A stretch of DNA of 50,331 nt, taken from assembly GCA_013265495.1 (NCBI GenBank), contig MU058584.1, positions 8,088,407-8,138,737 on the forward strand. The letters run 5' to 3'. Origin of the DNA: Vicugna vicugna (lineage: Eukaryota). Numbering within the stretch: position 1 is the first letter of the stretch; each line of letters begins with the position of its first letter. The notes beneath the pieces are model-generated. The model was given only the letters and a program-made list of their open reading frames with translations, did no database searches and was not told the DNA's origin. Below, in pieces: positions 14,500 through 26,212 of the stretch. The position numbers were made by a program, and so were the translations under genes.

Positions 14500-15020
14500 G
14501 AAAAATAGTCACCGTCATGTTTTTGATAATCAAAAATACAGGCTTATTGGAAAAAAAGAGAAACGTTTAATTACCGAAATGTATAGAAAGTGAAAGTTTC
14601 CCATAACCAACCACCCCCATAACCACTGCTACTCAGTATATCTATACGATTTATCAGGTTTTTACAAAAATAGGATACTACTAGATATGTTTTGTGACTT
14701 TGTGATCTCAGTTGAGGGCTTTTATGTCAAAACATTGGGACAATTTTCAGTCCTCATCTTTCTCCTTAATAAACCAACAAAATAAAACTTGTATTCCATA
14801 GTGTACAGATTAGTGGAATTATTTTTAACAAATTCCTGTCAATAGATCTGTGAGTTGTTTCCAGTCTTCCACCATTTCAGACAGACTGTAGTAAGTATTC
14901 TTGTGTGTGTGTGTGTGCGTGGGCGTTTCAATTGGATATATGTCTAGGGGTCAAATCACATCTATTTCTAAAAATGCATATATAAAAAAATCTGTGTATT
15001 TTGTTAAACTGCCCTGGGAT
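14500..15020 (-). mobile_element. Very old L1ME-like fragment
   Basis: 'gtattccatagtgtacag', 'agttgtttccagtcttcccaccatttcagacagactgtagtaagtattcttg'. Confidence 0.55.
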
Positions 15021-15052
15021 AGCCGTTAAAGGAGCTGAAAACAGTACCTGTA

Positions 15053-15540
15053 GCAAGGGTTCTTATCTTGGATGACATGAACTGTGGATGTGATCAGAGT
15101 GTTCATGAACTTCAGTGGGGAAAAAATTAGCATCTTCATTTTCTGTACTAGCCTCTAACTGAAATTTAGCTCTCCTTTCAATGATTAAAGATGACAAGAA
15201 ACCATAATAGGAGTAGCAGGAGCTGTGATGGTCACTAATAGGAACCACAGTTCTTTTCATTGTTGTTGCCAGTATCTTGGAATATTGCTTATTCTTTTCA
15301 CTGTTTTAAAATTATGGTAGTTATGGTTCCTGCCAGTATGTCTTGTCATTTAGTGTGTTTTAAAAGAAGATGTATTTCTGTATCACAGATTTTTTTAAAT
15401 GGATAAATGCATTTCAGTATATTTTCCTGCTTTTGTAATATTATGTAGTTTTTGTTTTTAAAAGCATTATTAGGACAAATAGTCCACAATCTTCACCAGA
15501 CTGTCAGAATCAGAATTTGAAGAAGGTTCAAATTCCCATG
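15053..15540. mobile_element. Non-autonomous hAT-Charlie-type DNA transposon (subfamily uncertain)
   Basis: Starts 'caagggttcttatcttgg'; internal 'cctctaactgaaatttagc', 'aaaattatggtagttat', 'cttcaccagactg' resemble MER/Charlie elements from memory. Confidence 0.65.
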
Positions 15541-15571
15541 ACTTAGAGGCACCATGTAAAAAACGAGAATT

Positions 15572-15785
15572 ATAATAGAAATAGTAGAAAACACTTAAGA
15601 TGCTATGACGTGCTAGATGCTGTTCTAAGTGTATTATGTATAGTAACTCATTTAATCTTTACAACAACCCAATTAGGGAAGTAATGGGACTGGTTTCATT
15701 TTACAGGCAAAGAAAATAAGGCACAGAGAGGTTACTGTGTCCAGCGTCACACCGCTAAGCCAGTTGTGCAGCCAGGCAGCGACCG
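15572..15785 (-). mobile_element. MIR SINE
   Basis: 'taactcatttaatctttacaacaacc..cattttacaggcaaagaaaataaggcacagagaggtta'. Confidence 0.88.
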
Positions 15786-16047
15786 CAGCAGCACACGTCA
15801 GGGTCTGTGTACTTAACCTACCTGGATAAGCTGGATAGTAGAAAAATCACCTGGATGTGTAATATGGCAGAGTCACTTTATCTGGTCATCTTGACTTCAC
15901 ACCCTGACCTGAGAAATAGGATTCCACACATGCACATTTACCTGCTTTATTTACAGAAACAAAGGGGCAGGATAAATAAAGGAACTAATCAAGAGATCAC
16001 AGACTCTGGTTCTGAATATAGTTGATATCTTCTTACCTACAGTGATG

Positions 16048-16415
16048 CTCATTTACTCATAAATTCATTTATTCTACAAATATTCTGAGCCCTTAGAGTT
16101 CCAGGTACTTTCCCAGGCATTGGGATTGGCATAGATTCAGAAAGATGCAGTTCTAGCCTTTCTGGATCCCACACTTTGCTAAGAAAAGCAAGACAGAAAG
16201 CATCCACAGAGACAAATGAAATAAACAGGATCATTTCATAGAGACGTGAGTGCTGTGAAGATGATGAAGGAGGGTAGAGGGAGAGAGCGACCCAGGCGGG
16301 TGGGAGATGCAACTCCAGCTGAGCGGTCAAGGGAAGCTCTGCTGCAGGGTGACGTCCAGACTGAGATGACGGTGCTTCATTTGGAGGAGCCAAGCTCTGG
16401 GAAGATCTAGGGGAC
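16048..16415 (-). mobile_element. L2 3' portion; may continue at ~16575-16660 after the composite insertion
   Basis: 'ctcatttactcataaattcatttattctacaaatattctgagc', 'gggtgacgtccagactgaga', 'gggaagatctagggg'. Confidence 0.75.
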
Positions 16416-16426
16416 GGTGAATTTTT

Positions 16427-16951
16427 CCTTCCCGGTATTTTCTCCTTCAGGTCTTGGGGGAGGGAAAGGAACTTGAAAACATAAACAGGCATATACATTC
16501 TGGTAAAAAAAAAAAAAAAGGACACCTAATAAAGGTACTTTTACTGATGAAGACCAAGGAAAAGATTTGACTATACACCAGGGCCAGAAGTCTGGATCTG
16601 TGAAGGAAACTGAGACAGGATAGGGTCATGGGAGAGGAGTGGGTGGTAAGACTGGGCCACATTCTGGGGAAAATGTCTTTACTGACCAACTAGTAGAGGA
16701 GGTCACTTTGAAGCTTCCTCTCTCACACTTTTCTCAGCAGGAATTTCTCACCACCGGAGCCAGCACTTACGACTCCCTGGTGTTAGGAAAGCTCTTGGGG
16801 AGGATCAAGTTGGACCTCTCCTTCGTTAGCTTTCTATTTAACCCTTTTTCAATTGATCTTTTTTTTTTTTTTTACCAGAATGTATATGCCTGTTTAAGTT
16901 TTCAAGTTCCTTTCCCTCCCCCAGGACCTGAAGGAGAAAATACCGGGAAGG
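16427..16951. repeat. Inverted repeat: 94-bp arms 16427-16520 and 16858-16951, 337-bp spacer
   Basis: Manual alignment gives 92/94 identity, including matching A15 and T15 runs. Confidence 0.97.
16518..16570 (+). repeat. 53-bp direct copy of 18781-18833
   Basis: aaggacacctaataaa[gg/ta]tacttttactgatgaaga[cca/gcg]aggaaaagatttga; 49/53 identical. Confidence 0.95.
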
Positions 16952-17024
16952 GAAGACATTTTGCCAGTTACAGAATACCGACAACACACAGTCACCCCAA
17001 ACAGGCAGACTCATCTCCAGAAAA
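16925..17024 (+). other. Candidate 100-nt internal exon (gene unknown; may be non-coding)
   Basis: Acceptor 'ttcctttccctcccccag|G' with 'tgtttaa' branch-like motif upstream; donor 'gaaaa|gtgagt'; purine-rich body; two open frames, peptide not recognised. Confidence 0.4.
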
Positions 17025-17467
17025 GTGAGTCTGTCCACAGTTTCGAGTTTCAGTTCTGTTATGTTGTCTCACCACTGACCAATTTTCTGCCTATAGAGGG
17101 TGGATTGGCTTTAGTAGAAGTAGTTACTTCTACTGTAAATCTAAGAAAATCAAAGTAAGCAGTACAGGGAAAAAGAGACTTCAGTGCAGCACAGAAGAGA
17201 TAAATAAAACCCAGGTGGCAGAGGTATGGGCTTGGACTCACAAAATGATTAGCTTACTTTCAACTTTGCAGAAAGTCTGCAGGTGCCGAGGGAAGAGATG
17301 CTGAATATTTTCTCTGGGGAATACAGGTTCCTGAGTGGATTCACACCATTCCCAGGAGTGCCCTAATGAGCTGGTCCTGGAGGCACATGCTGTCTGTGGT
17401 TCTTTAAATCCTCAAGGCAATTTTCAAAAGGGAAGCAAGTTTCACCCCAAGTCTTAAACTAATTTGA

Positions 17468-18353
17468 ATGATCAATAGGCACACGAAAAAATGCTCAGTA
17501 TCACTAATTATCAGAGAAATGCAAATCAAAACTACCATCAGGTATCACCTCAGACCAGTCAGAATGGCCATCATTCAAAAATCCACAAATGACAAATGCT
17601 GGCGAGGCTGTGGAGAAAGGGGAGCCCTCCTACACTGCTGGTGGGAATGCAGTTTGGTGCAGCCACTGTGGGAAACTGTATGGAGATTCCTCAAAAGACT
17701 AGGAATAGACTTACCGTATGACCCAGGAATCCTGCTCCTGGGCATATATCCAGAAGGAACCCTACTTCAGGATGACACCTGCACCCCAATGTTCATAGCA
17801 GCATTATTTACAATAGCCAAGACATGGAAACAGCCTAAATGTCCATCAACAGATGACTGGATAAAGAAGAGGTGGTATATTTAATCAATAGAATACTATT
17901 CAGCCATAAAAACTGACAACATAATGCCTTTTGCAGCAACATGGGTGTTCCTGGAGAATGTCATTCTAAGTGTGAAGTAAGCCAGAAAGAGAAAGGAAAA
18001 TACCATATGAGATTGCTCATATGTGGAATCTAAAACAAACAAACAAACAAAACAGAGAAAGCATAAATACAAAACAGAAATAGATTCATAGACATAGAAT
18101 ACAAACTTATGGTTGCCAAGAGGGCAGGGGGTGGGAAGGGATAGACTGGGATTTCAAAATTGTAGAATAGATAAACAAGATTATACTGTATAGCAAAGGG
18201 AAATATATACAAGATCTTATGGTAGCTCACAGAGAAAAAACTGTGACAGTGAATATATGTATGTTCATGTATAACTGAAAATTGTGCTCTACACTGGAAT
18301 TTGACACAACATTGTAAAATGATTATATATCAATAAAAAATGTTAAAAAAAAA
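17468..18353 (+). mobile_element. Young 5'-truncated L1 (camelid-like): ORF2 C-terminus, 3' UTR and A tail
   Basis: ORF 17468-17884 '[47 protein letters not shown]' is the L1 ORF2 cysteine-rich end; ends 'aataaaaaatgttaaaaaaaaa'; no clear long TSD. Confidence 0.97.
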
Positions 18354-19974
18354 GAACATTTTCTGCCCTTCTAACACAGTGTAAAATTCCCTTCTCCTCC
18401 CACACAGATTTTCAAATGGTCATCTTCAGTGTCTTAGAGGAACACTAACTTAAATAGAGGAGAGGGAAGAGAAGGCAGAATGACTCAAATAATGAAATAG
18501 GCCCTACCAAGCAGGAAAAGAAGAGGTCATTGGATGGGGATGAAGAATCCTAGAGAAACTCCTGTAATCACAGTCTGCTCACTTCAGAATTTTATCTATT
18601 TTTAAAGACTCTTCTAGCTAGACAGAAAGATCCTACTTAGTCTCCTTTCCATCCGTTTTTGTGCGGTCAGTCACTCAATGATATAAACCAGTCTTGATCT
18701 CCTTGGAAAAGGTTTAAAAAGTATATATGATTAAGTCCAAGACCGTTGGGTCAGGGATACTGAGCTTGAAGCTCACACCTAAGGACACCTAATAAATATA
18801 CTTTTACTGATGAAGAGCGAGGAAAAGATTTGATTCTAGGTGTTGAGACCATTGAAAACTGTTCTAGGTTTTTGAGTTAAGTTCTCGTTAGCAGCAGTAC
18901 CATGCCTGCCTGTCTTCCTGGCAGTATCATGTCTATGCCTGAATGATATTTTGATTTTATTTTGCACCACATTAATCCGTTTAGGAAATGAATGTATACA
19001 TATGACATCATTGATGCAAAAATAAAAGATACTTCGGCCTTCCTGAACTTTAAATCAAATTAATGAATGTATGGCTCAGTAATTCCCAGATGCTAGAGAT
19101 CCTTTAGAGAGTAAGTCAGGTGAATTTCTTTCAGAGTATCTGTTCTCAATCATGGTGCTTTGCCTAGTGGCCCAGTTAGATTCCCCTGGTATCTCATCTT
19201 CTCCCTAGCCAACTGTGCCAGCCCCACTTCCTTGGTCTTCCACTCAGTTCTCTGAAGTTAACAGGACAGCCTGTCAGTCTTTTTTGTTTTATATTTGTGT
19301 TAGCAAAAAGTATTCACCATCCTAAGTCCCTTTCTATTTTTCCTACTATATTTCAGGAAATAGAAATATAGCAAGGTCAATGGCAGTGGATGCCTTTCTG
19401 TTGACTTAGAGAATAACTACTTTCCCAAGGGAGTCATCAAATACGAATTTGCCAGACGACACTAAGATTCTGTACAAAAACTATTTTTGGCACATAAACA
19501 TTTCATTGCATGACAGTGCAAGTAGATAATTTATCCAGTACACAGCCCACAAATTATTCTTAAACTGACCAGGGTTTAACCTTTTGAAGGAGTTCACGAA
19601 AAATACAAAAATTCAAGTGGTCACTGATGAAACCACAAACATGTAGAGCCAGAGAGGAAAGATTTTAAAATTCACCAGTACTTCATGCAGAATGGAACAG
19701 GAAGATTTAGACATGCGAGAGAATGCCATTTTAAAATTAAGGGCTGGTTTGAAAAGGAACAAGATGATAATAAAAATATTAATTGATGAGTCTGTGTTAA
19801 AATAATGAAGTTTAGAGCAGCAAATCTGATACGGGCAGGGGATCACACAGCACGACAAGAGAACGGAGGTGCTGAGTGAGCTTCACCTGTTTTTTGAAAG
19901 CATGGAGGGAAATGTAAAAGCTAATTTGGGCTTTTGCTAACCAAAAGCCATAGAGTGAAGGAAATATCTCAATC

Positions 19975-20100
19975 TCCTCATTTTATTGATGAGAAAATGG
20001 AGGTCTGGGGAGCTTGAATGACTTACTCAGGTTACACAGGAACTTTATGACAGACTCCAGATAAGACTCTGGTCCCCTGGCTCCAGCCCAGGTTTCTTAC
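19975..20100 (-). mobile_element. MIR fragment
   Basis: 'cattttattgatgagaaaatggagg..tgacttactcaggttacacag'. Confidence 0.75.
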
Positions 20101-20261
20101 TGCATATATCACTGCATCTCTCCAGCCCTTTCCTTTCTTCATTTGGCATTAGTGCTTTTACCCCATGATACCATTTTCTTTGACTCTCCTTCCCTAGTTG
20201 TGTGACCCACAAATAACTTGAGACACTTAACTCCACCTGACTTTCTCTGAGCCTGGTTCTT

Positions 20262-20684
20262 GTTTTTTTGTTTTTTTTTAACATTTTTTATTAATTTATA
20301 ATCATTTTACAATGTTCAAATTCCAGTGTTCACAATTTTTCAGTTACACATGAACATATATATATTCATTGTCACATTTTTTTCCTCTGTGAGCTACCAT
20401 AAGATCTTGTGTATATTTCCCTGTGCTATACAGTATAATCTTGTTTATCTATTCTACAATTTTGAAATCCCAGTCTATCCCTTCCCACCCTCCGCCCCCT
20501 TGGCAACCACAAGTTTGTATTCTATGTATATGAGTCTATTTCTGTTTTGTATTTACGGCTTTGTTTTTTTGTTTTCGTTTTTGTTTTTTATATTCCACAT
20601 ATGAGCGATCTCATATGGTATTTTCCTTTCTCTTTCTGGCTTATTTCACTTAGAACGACATTCTCCAGGAGCATCCATGTTGCT
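20262..20684 (-). mobile_element. Young L1 3' end with perfect 14-bp TSD
   Basis: Reverse complement of the 17468 copy's 3' end; TSD tgagcctggttctt at 20248-20261 and 20685-20698; endonuclease-like site TTCTT/AT. Confidence 0.97.
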
Positions 20685-21335
20685 TGAGCCTGGTTCTTAT
20701 ATAAGGGTTGCATTCTGGTACTCAAAGTATTTAAAAGAGCAATGGAGTTAGTGAGAAGAATGAGGTCCAAATCACCAAGTTGAATAAACCATTACCATTC
20801 TAAGCATAGTTTGATTAATTATTAAATTAATTATTAAATGAGCACAATTTATTATTCCTATATACCTCAATGACTAGGATCAAGAAAGAACTGAATAATT
20901 CCTAATGCAGAAATAGTAACAGAGTAAAAAATTGCCCAGGACTTCTGAATAGCTTACAGTCTCTCATTTTCTTATCATGCCCAGAATATAAAGCACATGG
21001 TAACTAAAATAATTTAAGAAAAAAGTTATATATGAATATAGAAATTTCCATAAATAAATGAAGTTCATCATAGACAATAAATGACAATATTAGCTAACTC
21101 AAAAGCCCAAGGTGCTCTCCTAAAAACATTTTAAGTCTGAATGAGATTTGCGATTTAAATCAAAGAAAGTATCGGGTCTTGAGAATAGATGCCCTGATGA
21201 TTATAGTCTAATTCCAGGTTTTTAAACATTTACTTATGTGTCTATTTACTAGATACCTATCAGAGTATCTAGTATATACTGCGTGCTCAGCATATGTTTG
21301 GTGAATTTATATAAATTAAAATCAAACTCAAAAGA

Positions 21336-22245
21336 GCTTTTTAATGATGGCCATTCTGACTGGTGTGAGGTGATTTATATACCTCATTGTAGTTTTGATT
21401 TGCATTTCTCGTTAATTAGCGGTATTAGGCATTTTTTATGTGTCTATTGGCCATTTGTATGTCATCATTGGAGAATTGCTTGTTTAGGTCTTCCCTGCCC
21501 ATTTTTGGATTGGGTTGTTTATTTATTTTTTTTTTCATTATTAAGTTGTATGAGCTGTTTGTATATTCTGGAAATTAAACCTTGTCAGTCACATCATTTG
21601 CAAATATTTTCTCCCATTCCATAGGTTGTCTTTTTGTTTTGCTTACGTTTTCTTTTGCTGTGCAAAACCTTATAGATTTAAGTAGGTCCCATTGGTTAAT
21701 TTTTGCTTTAATTTCTATTGCCTGGGTAGACTGCCCTAAGAGAACATTGCTAAGATTTATGTCAGAGACTGTTTTGCCTACGTTTTCTTCTAGGAGATTT
21801 ACAGTGTCTTGTCTTACGTTTAAGTCTTTAACCCATTTTGAGTTTATTTATTCTGTGGTGTGAGGGAATGTTCTAACTTCATTGATTTACATTCAGCTGT
21901 CCAGGTTTCCCAACACCACTTGTTGAAGACACTGTCTTTTCTCCATTGTATGTTCTTGTTTCCTTTGTCAAAGATTAATTGACCATAAATGTGTGGATTT
22001 GTTTCTGTGCTCTCTAATCTGTTCCACTGATCCATATGTCTGTTTTGTGCCAAAACCACACTGTTTTGATCACTATAGCCCTGTAGTATTGTCTGAAGTC
22101 TGGGACGGTCATTGCTCCAGTGCTGTTCTTTTTCTTTAGTATTGCTTTGGCAATTCTGGGTCTTAGGTGATTCCATATAAACTTTAGGATTATTTGTTCT
22201 GGTTCTTTGAAAAATGTCCTGAGTAATTTGGTAGGGATTGCATTG
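21336..22245 (-). mobile_element. Internal L1 ORF2 fragment, frameshifted, lacking 3' UTR and tail
   Basis: ORFs 22014-22289 '[30 protein letters not shown]' and 21844-22176 '[25 protein letters not shown]'. Confidence 0.95.
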
Positions 22246-22299
22246 CTATTCTTTGCATAGTCATGTATTTTTGTTTGTTTGTTTAGCAACTTAGCTGAA

Positions 22300-23840
22300 C
22301 TCTTTAAGGTCTTCTTCCCTCTACAGTGGGCAAAAAACTCTTATGTCCTTGCTTAATTCTTTTTTTCTTTTAGCTTGGCTACCTAAGGATTGCTCCTACT
22401 TAAGTATAAGCCATTAATTTGTCAAAAATTGTGCTTAAGCCTCCTTGGCTAGTCAGAGGTCTCCATTTTACCGTTGGATATATGTGTGGCTTGGAGGATG
22501 CTATAATGATTCAGGGAGTTTACATTTTTGCCCCCACACTCAACCAGAAACTAGTAGCTTGGATTTTTCTCTCTCCACTTACCACTGAAAGGGCTTTGGG
22601 TATGCACACAGTCTTCCAGACTGCCAGGGGTGGAAAATGATTTTGTTTTTAAGCCTGGCTTCCTAGGATTTGCCTCTGGGTCTTCGTAGTTTATTGTGTA
22701 TTCAGTTTTGGTCAGAGGTTGTGTTTGTGCCTCTAGTGCCAGTGAAACTTTCACCTTTTGTTGATTGGTCTTTGTGCAGCTTGAGGGAATGTTTTTACAT
22801 CTGCCTCAAGTCCTGCTCTGATGTTCCTAAGTGGGTGTGGCGTGATGCATGTGCACAGTCTTCCTGAACCCCAGAGTTGACTGTAGTCCTAGGGTTACAG
22901 TCTCCTTGGCTGTTTGTTTCCCTGGGCCTCTCTGTTAAACTTCTGATTGTTCTGCCATTTTGCTTGTTTCTACTATTATGAAGATACAATGCCCATTCAG
23001 TTATTCTCCACCAAGATCTTCATCAACTTTGACAATGCCGTGAGGGCTAACATTCTCCAAATACTGCTACAAATATTCTTAGTCCCTTCAGGCAGAGCTG
23101 GGGAACATTGTCCTTTTAGCGTACATCTCCCTGCTGGGCAGAACCTCTGCACTCATGAACCAGAGCTGAGGGTGTCCCCCTTTCTCCAGAAGTGTTGTCC
23201 TCTTCTATAAGCAGGTGCTTGGGGGAAATTTTAGTCCCTGATCTTGTCAGCTTGGCCCTCCTGGTGTAGAACATCTGCTCTAAAGGCAAGTTGGTGTAAG
23301 GGCAGTGGGCTCCCCCAATTTTTAGCCTCCCATGCCTAGAGTAGCACTTCCACCCCATGCATGAGGGTTGAGATGAGGAAGGGAGCTCTAATCCTCTCAG
23401 ATCTGCCTGCCTGGAACAGAACTTTTGCAACATGGGGTTGAGAGGGATGAGAAATACAGGCAGCCTGAGCCTCCCAGGATAAAACCATAGTCCTTAAACT
23501 GGGAGCTGTGGGAAGAGGGAGCTCTGCCTTCTTGCTTCCATACTACTTAGGATGGAACTTCTGTAATACAGAAGTGAGGAGTAGGGGCAGTAACAGAGGG
23601 AGTCCTAGCTCAAGTGCTAAAGTTTCTTGCTGTTCTTGCCAAGAGGTCATGGATTTTTTTTTTTATCAAGTATTTCTCCATTTGCTGAATGCCCTTAGGA
23701 CAATTTCCAGAGATTTTAAATAATTGGGTTTTTTTGTTCTTGTTGTTTGATTGTTTTTGTTTTTTTTAGTAATTTTGTCTAGTTATATCCTTTTTTGTTG
23801 GGGAAAGTCTTCTGTGCTCCTCACTCCAGTATTCTGGAAG
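22300..23840 (-). mobile_element. Old L1M 5' region fragment
   Basis: 'gggtatgcacacagtcttccagact', 'tttctccatttgctgaatgcccttaggacaatttccagag', 'ttctggaagt' resemble L1M 5'-end consensus from memory. Confidence 0.6.
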
Positions 23841-24234
23841 TTGGCTCTTGTCTCTTATTTTTTTAACCAAATAAATGTGCTTTTGACCTTTTGTTATTAA
23901 TAATAATATTCATGGGAAAGTGACTTCTGTGTCTCTTTTGAGTGGCAATGTTCTTTACACGTGCAAGATAATCTGTATTATCTAGGAAAAAAGAACAAAC
24001 TGATCAAATAGGTACTGATTTAAAAGTGAGGAAGCAGCAATAAAGAAAGGCTAAATTTCTTAGAGCTCTGAATTTCTGTGAACTCATATTTGAATTAATG
24101 CTTTCCCTTTTGGCTCTTGGCAGATCACACAGTCTGTTGGGTGCCTCATTCATTCAAGTGAGGAAGATGATCCTGAGCTGTAATTTTGAAGACTAATTGA
24201 GGAGTTAATGTAGGGTTGTTCGATAGATGGTGAA

Positions 24235-24465
24235 ATCCAAACTGACTTAGATTCAAAACCTGGGCTCTGTCATTTATTGTGAGCATTATGTCAAGTTATT
24301 TATCCTTTTTAGGCCTCTGGGGTTTTTTTAATATGTAAAATGAGAGCAATAACAATAATTTCAATCAAATATTGGTATTAAATAAAGTAATTTATACATG
24401 TGCCTAGTACATTGTTTTCCACAGAGTCAAATGAAGGTTGCAAATTATTACTATTTTTATTATTG
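24235..24465 (+). mobile_element. MIR SINE, degenerate
   Basis: 'caagttatttatcctttttaggcctc..tgtaaaatgagagcaataacaata'. Confidence 0.7.
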
Positions 24466-24537
24466 GGTATTATAAGATGAATATTAAGAATAGTGAGAAA
24501 TCACTTTGATAGTAAATCATATAAATACTCCAACGCC

Positions 24538-25105
24538 ATCAGTTAGGATGCTTTGGCTGCAAGTAATAGAAAAGTCAGCTCATAAATTTCTTTCTTACAA
24601 GAAGTCTAGAGGGAGAGGAGTGTCAAGGTTGGTTAAGTTAAAAGCTCATAGGTGTCTTCAGGAGCCAGATGTATTCAGTCTTTTGGCTCTTCCATCCTCA
24701 GAGTTTTCCTTGTTGTCTTAGATTGATTCTTGTCAAGGTGCAGGGTGGCAGCTACAGTTCCAGGCATCACATGCAGGATGCATTCTCCATAAGCTGGCAA
24801 GAAAATGGCTCTGTCTTTCATTCTTCTTTAAGAACAAAGACAACTCTTCCAAAAAGTCCCTAGGAGGCTTCCCCTCAGATCTCATAAACCACAGTTGTGT
24901 CATACACCCATTTTTAATAGAGCATTGATAAAAGGATTGAGATTACCACCATTGGCTTCAAGATTAATAAAGATTTACCCCTCTTCTTCATTTTAGTAGA
25001 GAGGTTCAACCACTCTGAAAACAGATGGTATTCTAATACTTGAACACAGTTGGGTTTCTATAGTCAAGGGAGAAGAAGAGAAAGGATCTGGGTAGACAAT
25101 AGCAT
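24538..25105 (-). mobile_element. MLT1 (K/L-like) ERVL-MaLR solo LTR
   Basis: Terminus 'atcagttaggatgctttggctgcaagtaatagaaaa'; internal 'gttccaggcatcacat', 'cttcccctcagatctcat'. Confidence 0.8.
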
Positions 25106-26212
25106 CTCTTACATCTATGCTAGGAATTAGGGGACTTAGAGATGAACAAGCTACTTTATCTTCAAGGAAATTATATTTGTTAATAATATCATGACTATGA
25201 TTATTCATGTTAACTGATATGCTGCCCTGTTAATGTTTTTTAAAGCCATGAGTTTAAAAGAAAATGAAACATTAACTAAACTTGTTGACTTTCATACAAA
25301 CTCATCTCACTTCCTTCATTCTGACCAAGACATTCTGTTTAGCCAGCATCACAGATTTAATCAAACTGCTGAAAAACAATAAAGGGAAATTTGAAAACTG
25401 TCCCTCAGTGATGGGAAAGTAGCACCAATACCTAGAAAAGTTAAATTTATTTTATCTGTTAAGAAACTAATTCATGTTGATCTGAAGAATCATCAATTGA
25501 TATTCTAGACTGTTTTGAAGTTATCATTCAAGGTCTGTCTAGTGGTTCAGACCTTCCAAGTTTCTGCCCACAGAGAAACACATTCTGTCAGGTAGGCATT
25601 TGAAAGTTTTGCGGAAAAGAACAATGGAGATTTAGTTCTGTTTTGAATGAGCACTTAGGAAAGTCCATCCTTGACTAGAGTTGAGAGTACAGAATACAGT
25701 TGAAAGTGGTTTTAACTTTAGTATCTCATACTTGATAGTAGAATGTCTAGATTTATGAAGTATATATTATTTGTCCATGTTTCCTATGTTTCTTCATTCA
25801 ACAAATTACAGCGAAGCAGCTAATATATGCTCCATGTTTCGGTAGGAAGTGATGAATCCCACAAAGTAAAAACTCTTCAAGGACTTTAATATAAACATAT
25901 TGTTATGTTACAAAAAAAGCAAATAAGACAGTTCATGCTATAGGACTTCAGCAGAAAGAAAACAATAAACAAGAGACGCAGTGAAGAAAGATGACACAGA
26001 TACAATGTAATAATGACACGTTGCATGCACATTGACACATATGCATCAAATGTTTATTGGGTCCTTGCTAAATGGAAGATACTATGCTAAAAAGATACAA
26101 AGGGAAATAAAGCTTTCCTGTGCTCAGAGAAATTACAAGATCACAAAAGAGATGCTATGTATACTTAAAGTAGTACAAACAAAAAAAGAAAAAAATCTAA
26201 TATCTGTTAGTA

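Noticed and set aside
14586..14602. IRF plus kB-like GAAAGTGAAAGTTTCCC
   Set aside because: It lies in a degenerate L1ME-like tail where similar purine runs are common, and has no other support.
16543..16570. CTGATGA...GAAA hammerhead-like core in the duplicated 53-mer (also at ~18807)
   Set aside because: The sequence between CUGAUGA and GAAA (agaccaag / agagcgag) cannot form stem II, and I see no stems I or III.
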